A stretch of DNA of 64,000 bases from Alphaproteobacteria bacterium (GCA_016283295.1 JAEEMQ010000049.1:1811-65810); one strand, 5' to 3'. Positions 46,405 through 57,641 are shown, counted from the first letter of the stretch. Notes: generated from the sequence alone by a model not told the origin. Numbers and translations are program-made.

Positions 46405-47625
46405 TTACTTCTTAATACTGTTCAGCAATTCTTCTCTAGTCAGGTTAAAGCCGCTGTCCGTCCACATCTGTTCCAACCGGTTGAGTTCCTGCCCGATTTG
46501 CCGATCGCCGGTAATCCCGCTGTTGACTATATCACGACCGCGAATCGGGAAAATCGGCACCACCGCGTTTTCTATTTCCGTCAGCAGACGATTGAGCGAC
46601 GGCGCGTCAAAATCGTATATCGCCGCCCCCATCAAGACTTTATCGATACAAAACTGCTTGCCGTAGCGATATATCAGTTTAAGACGCGGTTGCAACGGCA
46701 TTATCTGCTCCGGTCGCAAATCAATTTTAGCCCAGCGTAAGAACATCTCTTTTTGTTTTTTGGTAAAGCGCAAAGTATTGGCCATATTTTCGGCCGCCGC
46801 CGCTTTCGGTTGATACAACACAAACAGCCGACGCAAAAAATTACCCTCATACTTGATATCCGCCACCAGCTTTGCCAGTCGGTCAAGCGCGTCCAAATGC
46901 TTGGATTTAGGCAAAAAATAAGCCAAAATATCATTATCGTAAATTATTTTCATTGATACGGCGGCATTCGGAGTTACCAAAATTTTAAACAACTCGTCGC
47001 GTACCCGCTCAATGGCAATATTGCGCAAACAACCCTTATATTTTATACAGGCGTCAAGCGCTTCTTTATCCGGCGGAGTTTTGCCGAACTTAGCATAAAA
47101 ACGGAAAAAACGCAAAATACGCAAGCCGTCTTCTTCAATGCGGTCTTCCGGACTGCCGATAAAACGCACTACTCCGTTTTTCAAATCGGTAATGCCGTCA
47201 TAATAATCAAACACGTTGCCGCGCAAATCGGCATATACGGCATTGATGGTCAAGTCGCGTCGTGCCGCGTCGGCACTCCAGTCGTCGGTAAATTCAACCT
47301 CATATTTGCCCGATTCGTTTTTAACGCTGCGTCTGAGCGATGCAACTTCCAAAATCTGATTATCTATCACCACACCGACCGTGGCCTGTTTTAAGCCTAC
47401 CGGTACGGTTTTGAGCCCGTTGTTCTGACAAGCTTCAATTAACTCGTCCGGCGATAAATCGGTAGCCAAGTCCAAGTCGAATCCGCTCAATCCGGCCAGA
47501 GTATCACGCACCGCACCGCCGACAAAACGGATGGTGCCGCCGTGTTCTTCCACCGCTTGAAACAAGCTGCCGATTTTAGCCGATTTGGCGATTTTTGACA
47601 TATCCAAATATTCAGGTATGAACAT
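46405..47625 (-). CDS. cca: CCA-adding tRNA nucleotidyltransferase / poly(A) polymerase family
   Basis: GGAVRDTLAG..DLDLAT and RRDLTINA motifs. Confidence 0.85.
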   Translation of the reverse strand: MFIPEYLDMSKIAKSAKIGSLFQAVEEHGGTIRFVGGAVRDTLAGLSGFDLDLATDLSPDELIEACQNNGLKTVPVGLKQATVGVVIDNQILEVASLRRSVKNESGKYEVEFTDDWSADAARRDLTINAVYADLRGNVFDYYDGITDLKNGVVRFIGSPEDRIEEDGLRILRFFRFYAKFGKTPPDKEALDACIKYKGCLRNIAIERVRDELFKILVTPNAAVSMKIIYDNDILAYFLPKSKHLDALDRLAKLVADIKYEGNFLRRLFVLYQPKAAAAENMANTLRFTKKQKEMFLRWAKIDLRPEQIMPLQPRLKLIYRYGKQFCIDKVLMGAAIYDFDAPSLNRLLTEIENAVVPIFPIRGRDIVNSGITGDRQIGQELNRLEQMWTDSGFNLTREELLNSIKK

Positions 47626-47725
47626 AACGTAAAAAAACCCCTTGTTATTTTTAGGAAATTTTAATAGTTTATATACACTTTTTTTATATAATCACAAGCA
47701 AATTTTAATAAAAAAGGATAAATAG

Positions 47726-48235
47726 ATGTTAAAATATTTCTTAGTACTCGGCGGCTTATTGATTTCGGCGGCGGCTCAGGCAGCCAATCAGCCGCAGCTT
47801 TTGGGCGAATACGGCGATTGGACCGCATGGTCATACAGCGACCGCGGCAATATGATTTGCTACATGGCTTCCAGCCCGAAGAAAGATGAAGGCAAATACA
47901 CCAAGCGCGGTGATATTTATACGGTGGTAACTCATCGTCCGTCCGAAAAATCGTTCGACGAAGTAAGCTTTGTGGCCGGATATGTATATAATCCGAAAGC
48001 TCCGCTCGTTATCAAAATCGGCAACGAAACCTTCCGCAACACCTTTACCGAAGGCGATAAGGGTTGGATGATTAATCATGCCGAGGACCAAAAGCTGGTT
48101 ACGGCCATGAAACGCGGCGAGCGCATGATTGTCGACGGCCAATCGAGCCGCGGCACCGCCACCAAAGACACCTATTCGCTCAAAGGATTTACCAGCGCTT
48201 ATCAGGCAATTTCCGCTAAGTGCAAGAAAAAATAA
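47726..48235 (+). CDS. Periplasmic protein, possibly invasion-associated locus B (IalB) family
   Basis: Signal peptide, 169 aa, Cys pair and W/Y pattern (GDWTAWSY...ICYMAS) reminiscent of IalB. Confidence 0.5.
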   Translation: MLKYFLVLGGLLISAAAQAANQPQLLGEYGDWTAWSYSDRGNMICYMASSPKKDEGKYTKRGDIYTVVTHRPSEKSFDEVSFVAGYVYNPKAPLVIKIGNETFRNTFTEGDKGWMINHAEDQKLVTAMKRGERMIVDGQSSRGTATKDTYSLKGFTSAYQAISAKCKKK

Positions 48236-48237
48236 TC

Positions 48238-49311
48238 ATGGCTAAAACAGAACTCATCGGATTGAGTAAAGACGAATTGCAAAAGGCTTTGACCGATATC
48301 GGGGAAAAGCCTTTTCGTGCAAAACAGCTGTGGCAATGGCTGTATTATTTTGGCGCGACCGATTTTGAAAAAATGAGCAACCTGTCAAAGGTTCTGCGGG
48401 CCAAACTGGCGGAAAATTTTACGATTACGCGCCCGAAAATCGTGGCGGAACAACTTTCTTCCGATAAAACCCGCAAATGGTTGTTGGAATTTGCCGACGG
48501 CCAGCGCGTGGAGATGGTCTATATTCCGGAAGAAGACCGCGGTGCCGTATGTATTTCCACCCAAGTCGGATGTGCGGTCGGTTGCCGTTTTTGCCATACC
48601 GGGAGCCAAAAATTAACCCGCAATTTAACCGCCGGTGAGATTGTCAGCCAGTTTATGGTGGCACGCGATACTTACGGCGAATGGCCAAGCCCGACCAATG
48701 AAACCCGTTATCTTTCCAATATTGTGGTGATGGGTATGGGCGAGCCGTTGCACAACATCGAAAACACCATTAAAGCCCTGAATATTTTGACCGATGGCGA
48801 CGGTATTGCCATTTCGCGCCGCCGCGTTACCATGTCAACCTCGGGAATCGCTCCGAACATTGTACGGGCGCTCAAAGAAACCGGCGTGCGGTTGGCCGTG
48901 TCGTTGCATGCGCCGAATAACACTCTGCGCTCGCAAATTATGCCGATTAACAATCGCTATCCGTTGGAAGAAGTGCTTTCCGCCTGCCGCGAATATCAGG
49001 GCAACGACGGCAGCCGCTACATCACGTTCGAATATCTGATGCTTGACGGCATTAATGATTCGTTTGAGTGTGCGCATGAGCTGATCGCCCTGATGAAAAA
49101 ATATAATTTGCGCGCCAGTTTTAATCTGATTCCGTTTAATCCGTGGCCGGGATGCGCCTTTAAGCCGAGTTCCAACAACAAAGTTCACGCTTTTGCGCGT
49201 GAACTGGAAAAGGCCGGATTTGCCGCACCTATCAGAGTGGCGCGCGGACAAGATATTTTGGCGGCCTGCGGACAATTAAAATCCAAAAAAGACCAAGAAT
49301 CCGCTAAATAA
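48238..49311 (+). CDS. rlmN: 23S rRNA/tRNA (adenine-C2)-methyltransferase RlmN (radical SAM)
   Basis: CISTQVGCAVGCRFCHTG (CxxxCxxC) and C-terminal ACGQL. Confidence 0.92.
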   Translation: MAKTELIGLSKDELQKALTDIGEKPFRAKQLWQWLYYFGATDFEKMSNLSKVLRAKLAENFTITRPKIVAEQLSSDKTRKWLLEFADGQRVEMVYIPEEDRGAVCISTQVGCAVGCRFCHTGSQKLTRNLTAGEIVSQFMVARDTYGEWPSPTNETRYLSNIVVMGMGEPLHNIENTIKALNILTDGDGIAISRRRVTMSTSGIAPNIVRALKETGVRLAVSLHAPNNTLRSQIMPINNRYPLEEVLSACREYQGNDGSRYITFEYLMLDGINDSFECAHELIALMKKYNLRASFNLIPFNPWPGCAFKPSSNNKVHAFARELEKAGFAAPIRVARGQDILAACGQLKSKKDQESAK

Positions 49312-49930
49312 GCCCGATTTTTTGCGCCGTAATCACGGCCTGGGTGCGATTGCTGACATGAAGCGAACGCAACAGCGCGTTGATGTGCAACTTAACCGTG
49401 GATTCCGATACTCCCATATCATACGCAATCTGCTTATTGGATTTGCCCTGCGCTATCAGGTCAAGAACCTGCGATTGTCGAGTCGTCAGCGTTTTTATGC
49501 CGATATTGCGGCCGCTTAAGGCATTAAGCGGAGTATTATCCAGCAAGTTCGGCGGAACATAGCTGCCGCCTTCGATTATAAGTTTAAGCGCATTGTTAAA
49601 CACCTTGATTTCCGAACGTTTGGGAATATAGCCTTTGACTCCGGTGGCCAGAATGGTGCGAATGGTGCGGCTGTCTTCCGAGGCCGACACCACGATTATT
49701 TTGGTTTTCGGGGCCAACGTATGAATTTTTTTGAGGCTCTCCAGCCACGGCATATCCTGCATTTCAACGTCCAAAACCAACACATCAACCGCCGGCTCGG
49801 TGTTGAGAATTTTGAAAACCTGCGAATAACTCGAGGCCTGCAAAATCACGGCTTCGGGCGCAATTTCTTCCAAACGCAGAGCCAGCCCGTCGCGAAACAA
49901 CGCGTGATCGTCCGCAATCAGAATTTTCAT
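49304..49930 (-). CDS. NarL/FixJ-type response regulator with LuxR HTH
   Basis: Receiver domain (ILIADDH, DVLVLDVEM, K) plus LTTRQSQVLDLIAQGKSNKQIA. AAGGAG SD before the ATG at 49930. No adjacent kinase. Confidence 0.85.
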   Translation of the reverse strand: MKILIADDHALFRDGLALRLEEIAPEAVILQASSYSQVFKILNTEPAVDVLVLDVEMQDMPWLESLKKIHTLAPKTKIIVVSASEDSRTIRTILATGVKGYIPKRSEIKVFNNALKLIIEGGSYVPPNLLDNTPLNALSGRNIGIKTLTTRQSQVLDLIAQGKSNKQIAYDMGVSESTVKLHINALLRSLHVSNRTQAVITAQKIGLI

Positions 49931-50023
49931 AAACAATCTCCTTACAGTTTTATCAACATAATCGGTACTTTATATATTGCCGATTAAGCGTATTTAAAGA
50001 CGTGCGAGAGGATAGTCCGAAAT

Positions 50024-50485
50024 TTATTTTCTAGGCAGTTCGATGTATTTTACTCCGGCCTCGGCAAACATTTCCGCCGAATAGCGGAGTTTGTCGCGCC
50101 AGGTATTTTTCGGGTCGTTCACATCGGATTTATATTCGTAAGTGACCACTTCTTTGATACCGGCCTGGATAATGGCACGGGCACAATCGGTGCACGGGGT
50201 TAAGGTGCAAAAAATGGTGCAGCCTTTTAAGCAAGTACCGGTCAAACAAGCGTTATAGACCGCGTTGCGTTCGGCGTGTTCAAAAAAATCGTATTTGGTC
50301 GGGCGTTCCAGGCGTTCCGGCACGCCGTCGGTCACTCCGCGTACAAAGCCGTTATAGCCGGTGGCGCGAATTTCTTTATCCGGCCCCACCACAACCGCTC
50401 CGGTTTTGGTAGACGGGTCTTTTGACCAGGTGGCAATCAGTTCTGCCAGTTCCAAAAAGCGATAATTCCATTTTTCCGAAAACAT
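50024..50485 (-). CDS. dCMP deaminase (ComEB family)
   Basis: HAERNA and PCTDCA zinc motifs. Confidence 0.85.
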   Translation of the reverse strand: MFSEKWNYRFLELAELIATWSKDPSTKTGAVVVGPDKEIRATGYNGFVRGVTDGVPERLERPTKYDFFEHAERNAVYNACLTGTCLKGCTIFCTLTPCTDCARAIIQAGIKEVVTYEYKSDVNDPKNTWRDKLRYSAEMFAEAGVKYIELPRK

Positions 50486-50624
50486 TTTACGATTCCTTTT
50501 TTCTTAAACCCGAACGGATTTTAACAATAAATTCCTCGGTTTCAAACAATTATATTTAAGTTATTGACAACATTGAAGTTTCGGAGTATACCGCTGACAA
50601 ATATCAATTTTTATACCTACAATT

Positions 50625-51023
50625 ATGACCTATTTTTTAACTTTTGCAGAACTCTGTACGGTGATTGCATTTATGGTTTTCGGCACCGTTTTACGCAACA
50701 ACAATTACGAAAGCATCCCTTATAAGGTTTGTGATCGTCTGATTTGCTACGCAATGATGCTTTACGTTGCCGCCGCTTTTTTGACGGCGTTGCCTCTTGC
50801 CGGTGTGGTCTGGACCCACCAGAATGCCGCGATTATCGCCGCCCATACCGCGTATCATTTCGTAAGCGCAATGTTTCTGCTGTTTGTGCTTGTCAAGTTC
50901 GCTGACGTTCCGTTCAGCTTCGCTAAGCAGTATCTTCTGGCCCGCGGCTCGCTCTATTTTGCCTTTGTGTTTGAGGCCTTGGCGCTGTGCGCGTTTATGG
51001 TTTGCTGCGTGCTGTATTTTTAA
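50625..51023 (+). CDS. Hypothetical membrane protein (132 aa)
   Basis: Four hydrophobic segments. Upstream TTGACA-17-TATACC promoter. A terminator follows. Confidence 0.45.
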   Translation: MTYFLTFAELCTVIAFMVFGTVLRNNNYESIPYKVCDRLICYAMMLYVAAAFLTALPLAGVVWTHQNAAIIAAHTAYHFVSAMFLLFVLVKFADVPFSFAKQYLLARGSLYFAFVFEALALCAFMVCCVLYF

Positions 51024-51025
51024 GC

Positions 51026-51066
51026 AAAAAAGGTTTCGGTTAATGTGCCGAAACCTTTTTTATTTT
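51026..51066 (+). terminator. Intrinsic terminator
   Basis: AAAAAGGTTTCGG - loop - CCGAAACCTTTTT followed by a T-run. Confidence 0.75.
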
Positions 51067-51155
51067 TATAATAAAAAAAACTCAAAATTCCGTTTATAAC
51101 TTGCATTTTGTCCTTTGTAATTTTCGGGCTTTGCGCTATACTTACGGCATTGTGA

Positions 51156-53621
<2,466 letters not shown>

Positions 53622-53645
53622 TCGCTTTAAGCAGAACCATATTAA

Positions 53646-53675
53646 AGTGCGCCGGCAAAACGGCGTACTTTTTTA
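53646..53675 (+). terminator. gyrB terminator
   Basis: AGTGCGCCG-GCAAAA-CGGCGTACT followed by TTTTT. Confidence 0.7.
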
Positions 53676-53714
53676 TGTGCGCACGCAAAAGAATGACAAA
53701 ATTAACAAAACTTG

Positions 53715-53743
53715 TTGACAAATATTTAAAACCATGCTATTTT
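53715..53743 (+). promoter_or_regulatory. Sigma70-type promoter of the 53871 gene
   Basis: TTGACA, a 17-nt spacer, then TATTTT. Confidence 0.5.
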
Positions 53744-53870
53744 GCATACGAATACCAATTATTTAGATACACAGTTAACGTCGGACGCAATAATTCCGGC
53801 AAGTTTCTCGTTACGCCTCAGGCAAGTGTAACAATTATGAGATTAATGCCCAAAAACTTGTTGACCCCTA

Positions 53871-54962
53871 ATGGAAAACATTTTTTCCGTTACCACCGAC
53901 GGCAAATGGTGGAAGGGAGAGATCAGCATGCGCTACAATCTCTTGACGCTGGTCAAGATTGTCGGTGCGCTGTTGCTCCTTGCGGCAATCGGCTTCGGCC
54001 TTTATTGGTTCGGAGTCGCAGTGTTAACCCTATTGCAGGCACTCTGGTATGGCATCTGCTGGATTGCTACCGGTATTTGGAGCGGCCTTTGCTGGCTGGC
54101 TTCCGGTATCTGGAGCATTCTTTGCTGGCTTGCCTCCCAGTGGATGTGGCTGTTAGGTCTGCTCTTAGCAGCGCTTATCGGCTGGCTCTTAACCAAGGTT
54201 GACTGGAAGTCATCCGAGGCAAAGTCAGACAGCAAGCGTTCATGGAGTTGGATCTGGTGGCTGCTCGGTGCAATTTTGCTGCTCTTGCTGGCTCTTATGC
54301 TGGTGAAGGGTTGCAATAATTCAACCGAATCCGCTGCGGAACCCGCACCGATGTCTGCGCCTGTCGTGATTACGGCTGAGCAGTTTGACGAGGCTTTCGA
54401 CAAGGTGGTCATTGCCCGCGCCTATCTGGACGGTGTTCAGAACGGTGTCGGCAAAAAGGTCGCTCTTGTCGGATTGAAGTTCGTCGACGGACGCCCTGTA
54501 ACCGATATGATTTTCCAAGGCCGCACTTATGATGAGGCTAAGGAAGTCATCGCCGCCGATTGGCGCGAGCTGGTTACCGCGAACGTTCATGTTCAGCTTT
54601 CCGAGCAGGAGCTAGTGGCAATCACTTTGTATGCAATGCGCAACGGTAAGTACGGTTTCTTGAAGTCTGACTTCTTGAAGGCTGTCAACGCCGGTGATCG
54701 CAACGCTGCAATGGAATTGAACACGGCTAAGGGCACCAAGCGCCAACTCCGTGACGAGGGTAAGCAGTACCTCTGGGTACTCCGCAACCTTTGGAACGGC
54801 AACATCTCGGTTGATGACCTCATCGACATGCCAATGTTTTCTTATAAGAAAATTGCGGTAGAGCAGATGTATGACAACGGCAAGCCGGTGTTTAACAGCA
54901 CACTGTCCGAGCGTCTGAACAAGGGTGCTAACCGCACTCCGCGTGAGGCCCTCGAACTTTAG
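53871..54962 (+). CDS. Membrane-anchored lysozyme-like (GH24-fold) protein with Trp/Cys-rich repeat segment
   Basis: The C-terminal LSEQELVAITLYAMRNGKYGFLKSDFLKAVNAGDRNAA matches the GH24 helical lobe pattern. The N-terminus is multi-TM. An alternative start at 53928 has an AAGGGAGAG SD. Confidence 0.6.
   Translation: MENIFSVTTDGKWWKGEISMRYNLLTLVKIVGALLLLAAIGFGLYWFGVAVLTLLQALWYGICWIATGIWSGLCWLASGIWSILCWLASQWMWLLGLLLAALIGWLLTKVDWKSSEAKSDSKRSWSWIWWLLGAILLLLLALMLVKGCNNSTESAAEPAPMSAPVVITAEQFDEAFDKVVIARAYLDGVQNGVGKKVALVGLKFVDGRPVTDMIFQGRTYDEAKEVIAADWRELVTANVHVQLSEQELVAITLYAMRNGKYGFLKSDFLKAVNAGDRNAAMELNTAKGTKRQLRDEGKQYLWVLRNLWNGNISVDDLIDMPMFSYKKIAVEQMYDNGKPVFNSTLSERLNKGANRTPREALEL
54039..54137 (+). 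repeat. Three tandem in-frame 33-bp repeats inside the CDS
   Basis: GCACTCTGGTATGGCATCTGCTGGATTGCTACC / GGTATTTGGAGCGGCCTTTGCTGGCTGGCTTCC / GGTATCTGGAGCATTCTTTGCTGGCTTGCCTCC. These encode ALWYGICWIAT / GIWSGLCWLAS / GIWSILCWLAS. Confidence 0.8.
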
Positions 54963-54972
54963 ATAAAAATAG

Positions 54973-55004
54973 ACCCGCCGATGAATTCGGTGGGTTTATT
55001 TTTT
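54973..55004 (+). terminator. Intrinsic terminator
   Basis: ACCCGCCGA-TGAAT-TCGGTGGGT followed by TTTATTTTTT. Confidence 0.75.
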
Positions 55005-55027
55005 GTATTCCGCGTATTGATTAAAAT

Positions 55028-55064
55028 AAAAAACCCTTTGCAAATCAATGCAAAGGGTTTTTTA
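55028..55064. terminator. Bidirectional terminator
   Basis: AAAACCCTTTGCA-AATCAA-TGCAAAGGGTTTT. Serves the minus-strand ORF that ends at 55079. Confidence 0.7.
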
Positions 55065-55078
55065 TGTTGTGCGCATAA

Positions 55079-55378
55079 TCAGCCGAACAGCATATTCCAC
55101 CAGCGCCGGCCGAACCAGCAATATTTGGGATCGCGCCACTCCTCGAGATAGCATTCCACCCAAAGTTCGTCACCGGGACGCAGCCGTTTGGCCTGCCAGA
55201 ACTGCTTTTTGGCGCTCTCGTCATCCGACAGCCAGACCACGTTCATCTCTCTGCTGTGTCTGCGCTCATCCCAAGGCCTGTGCCTTTTGGTACGGAACTG
55301 CAGTTTCACATAATTTGAGTGAACTTCTTTCTTTTCGACAACTGCCCTAAAGAAGATTGCACCGTCTTGTAATTCCAT
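55079..55378 (-). CDS. Hypothetical Trp/Arg-rich small protein (99 aa)
   Basis: No SD. Shares an L-[KR]-x-GD-x-x-x-V-x-C-x-Y motif with the upstream 71-aa ORF. Confidence 0.45.
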   Translation of the reverse strand: MELQDGAIFFRAVVEKKEVHSNYVKLQFRTKRHRPWDERRHSREMNVVWLSDDESAKKQFWQAKRLRPGDELWVECYLEEWRDPKYCWFGRRWWNMLFG

Positions 55379-55408
55379 GTTTTTGTTTTTTTGAGGTTCT
55401 ACATTTCA

Positions 55409-55624
55409 CTAGCCGATATAGGCATCTCCGTCATACGGGCAGACATGCACTATGTCACCCTCTTTGAGCTGTATCGCTTCATCCTGATTAGAGAAGAAGC
55501 GAGCGATTGTTTGCCTATCCCTTTGGGTATAAGCAACTTTAGCAATCACGGTACCGTCAATTCTGCGAACCGGTTTACCGATAATCTTGGCCTTATAATA
55601 AGGCGCTCCTGCATCGTACTCCAT
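55409..55624 (-). CDS. Hypothetical small protein (71 aa)
   Basis: Preceded by a TTGACA-17-TATTTT promoter. The motif QLKEGDIVHVCPYDGD is paralogous to the 99-aa ORF. Confidence 0.45.
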   Translation of the reverse strand: MEYDAGAPYYKAKIIGKPVRRIDGTVIAKVAYTQRDRQTIARFFSNQDEAIQLKEGDIVHVCPYDGDAYIG

Positions 55625-55657
55625 AATCGTAATATAAATAGTAATAGTATGTATGAC

Positions 55658-55686
55658 AAAATAACATTAAATAAATTTTCTGTCAA
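55658..55686 (-). promoter_or_regulatory. Sigma70-type promoter of the 71-aa/99-aa pair
   Basis: Minus strand reads TTGACA, a 17-nt spacer, then TATTTT. Confidence 0.5.
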
Positions 55687-55755
55687 TATTTTTTTAAAAA
55701 ACAAATTAAAAAAGGCCGAACAAATGTCCGACCTTTTTATTTGAAAGATAAATTT

Positions 55756-56199
55756 TTATTTCTGCATAACGGAATATATCTCGTGGGCATTTTTGGCCGA
55801 GCGAATCGCACGGCAGATTGCGGCATCTTTCAACACCCGCGAAAAAATCGCCAATGTGCGTAAATGATCATCGCCGCTGTTTTCCGGAGATATCATAAAT
55901 GCCACCATATCCACCGGATTACCGTCAAGCGCATCATAGTCTATCGGGTTTTTCAATCTGGCAAACACGGCCACAACATTTTTCAAGCCCTCGAGGCGCG
56001 CGTGCGGAAAAGCAACCCCGTTGCCGTAGCCGGTAGAACCGAGATTCTCGCGTTCCAAAACTGCCTCAAACACGGAACTTTTATCCAGGCCCTTACGCTC
56101 GGCAACAAATTTTGATATTTGTTCCAGTAAATGGCGCTTACTGTCAGCAACGATTTCCGTTAAAATCATATCTTCCGATAAAACATCAGAAATACTCAT
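55756..56199 (-). CDS. ptsN: PTS IIA-Ntr nitrogen regulatory protein
   Basis: GSTGYGNGVAFPHARL phospho-His region. Synteny with hpf and lptB. Confidence 0.88.
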   Translation of the reverse strand: MSISDVLSEDMILTEIVADSKRHLLEQISKFVAERKGLDKSSVFEAVLERENLGSTGYGNGVAFPHARLEGLKNVVAVFARLKNPIDYDALDGNPVDMVAFMISPENSGDDHLRTLAIFSRVLKDAAICRAIRSAKNAHEIYSVMQK

Positions 56200-56228
56200 T
56201 GAAACAACCTTTTTACAGTTAAAACCAA

Positions 56229-56789
56229 TTATTCTGCCGGTTCAACCCAACCGATATTGCCGTCTTTGCGGCGATATACCATGCTGATGCGATTGTTGGC
56301 GCTGTTGCGGAACATCAAGGCACATTCGTCGGCCAAATCCATATACATAACGGCTTCGCTGACGGTGCATACTTTGATGTTGGCGTCGGTTTCGGCAATC
56401 GTCAACGGCGCATTTTCATCAATACTCATTTCGTCTTCGGTTTCGGTTACCGGGAACACGGCAGCGTGTGCCATTTCTACAATACCGGTCTTACCTTTAT
56501 GGTCGTTGAGTTTGTTCTTTTGACGACGCAGACGGGTAGCAATATGGGTATTAGCGTTATCAAAAGCGGAATACGGGTCGGCGGCAACGCCGGTACCCTT
56601 AAGCACGATATTTTTGGCAGGATGCACCGTTACTTCGGCGCGAAATTCTTCACCGTCCATCGAAAAATACACATTGCTGCCGATCGGCGCATTGAAGTAT
56701 TTGTTAACGGCACCTTCCAATGCTTCTTCAACGTGCTTGCGCAATCTGTCGCTGATGTCAACCTGTTTTCCTGATAATGTAATATTCAT
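56229..56789 (-). CDS. hpf: Ribosome hibernation promoting factor (long form)
   Basis: N-terminal sigma54-modulation/S30EA fold (MNITLSGKQVDISDRLRKHVE) plus a C-terminal extension. Confidence 0.88.
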   Translation of the reverse strand: MNITLSGKQVDISDRLRKHVEEALEGAVNKYFNAPIGSNVYFSMDGEEFRAEVTVHPAKNIVLKGTGVAADPYSAFDNANTHIATRLRRQKNKLNDHKGKTGIVEMAHAAVFPVTETEDEMSIDENAPLTIAETDANIKVCTVSEAVMYMDLADECALMFRNSANNRISMVYRRKDGNIGWVEPAE

Positions 56790-56891
56790 AATATACCTCT
56801 TATTGTTAATTTATTGTGGCAAAATCGCCTTGGTTAATCTTTTGTGTTATAGTATAACAACTTTTAAGCAAAAGTAAATACTTTAATACTT

Positions 56892-57638
56892 TTATAGGGA
56901 GAAATTATCGCCCAAATAAACTTTTCTGACCTCTTCGTTTTTCACAATCTCGTCCGGCGTACCTTCCATCAAAACCGAACCGCTGTGCAAAATATAAGCT
57001 CTGTCGATAATATCCAGAGTTTCGCGCACGTTGTGGTCGGTAATCAGCACGCCCAAACCGCGATTTTTAAGCTGCGACACCAGGCCGCGGATATCGTTTA
57101 CCGCAATCGGGTCAATTCCGGCCAACGGCTCGTCCAGCAAAATAAAGCGCGGGCGGCTGGCCAAAGCACGGGCAATTTCCAAACGCCGACGTTCACCGCC
57201 GGAAAGCGCCAGAGCCGGAGATTTACGCAAGTGCGCTATCGAAAACTCGTTGAGCAGTTCGTCAAGTGTGGTTTCGCGTTTACTTTCGTCTTCTTCCACC
57301 ACCTGCAAAATCGCCTTAATATTATCTTCAACGCTCAGCGTTCTGAAAATCGAAGCCTCTTGCGGCAAATAACCGATACCCATTTTGGCGCGCTTATACA
57401 TCGGCATATTGGTAATATCTTCGCCGCCGATATATATATCGCCGTAATCCGGAGTTATCAAGCCGGTAACGCAATAAAAACAGGTGGTTTTGCCGGCACC
57501 GTTAGGCCCGAGCAGACCGACGGCTTCGCCTTTGCGCACATGCAACGAAACATTGCGCAAAACCGAGCGTTTTTTATATTTTTTGCCGATGTTGAAAATT
57601 TCCAAAACATCTTGATCGTTTTTCTGTTTTACCGCCAT
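56892..57638 (-). CDS. lptB: LPS export ABC transporter ATPase
   Basis: GPNGAGKTT, LSGGERRRLEIARAL and FILLDEP. C-terminal VRKVYLGDNF. Confidence 0.95.
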   Translation of the reverse strand: MAVKQKNDQDVLEIFNIGKKYKKRSVLRNVSLHVRKGEAVGLLGPNGAGKTTCFYCVTGLITPDYGDIYIGGEDITNMPMYKRAKMGIGYLPQEASIFRTLSVEDNIKAILQVVEEDESKRETTLDELLNEFSIAHLRKSPALALSGGERRRLEIARALASRPRFILLDEPLAGIDPIAVNDIRGLVSQLKNRGLGVLITDHNVRETLDIIDRAYILHSGSVLMEGTPDEIVKNEEVRKVYLGDNFSL

Positions 57639-57641
57639 AAT

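Larger units (their letters stand above)
53690..55705. other. Second compositionally atypical islet between gyrB and ptsN
   Basis: Three ORFs rich in AAG/GAG/ATC/CTC codons, convergently arranged. Each transcription unit has its own promoter and terminator. Confidence 0.55.

Noticed and set aside
53707-53866. 13-bp direct repeat AAAACTTGTTGAC (53707..53719 and 53853..53865) as a target-site duplication
   Set aside because: Both copies lie on the same (left) side of the islet, and each contains a TTGAC -35-like element. Duplicated promoter sequence is the more likely explanation than insertion footprints.
53675-54202. 175-aa ORF overlapping the start of the lysozyme-like gene
   Set aside because: It begins inside the gyrB terminator and promoter region and is out of frame with the better-supported 53871/53928 ORF. 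It is Arg/Leu/Cys-rich with no RBS.
56790-56891. Degraded rpoN pseudogene between lptB and hpf
   Set aside because: The gap is only about 100 bp and AT-rich. It contains no sigma-54-like coding remnant.
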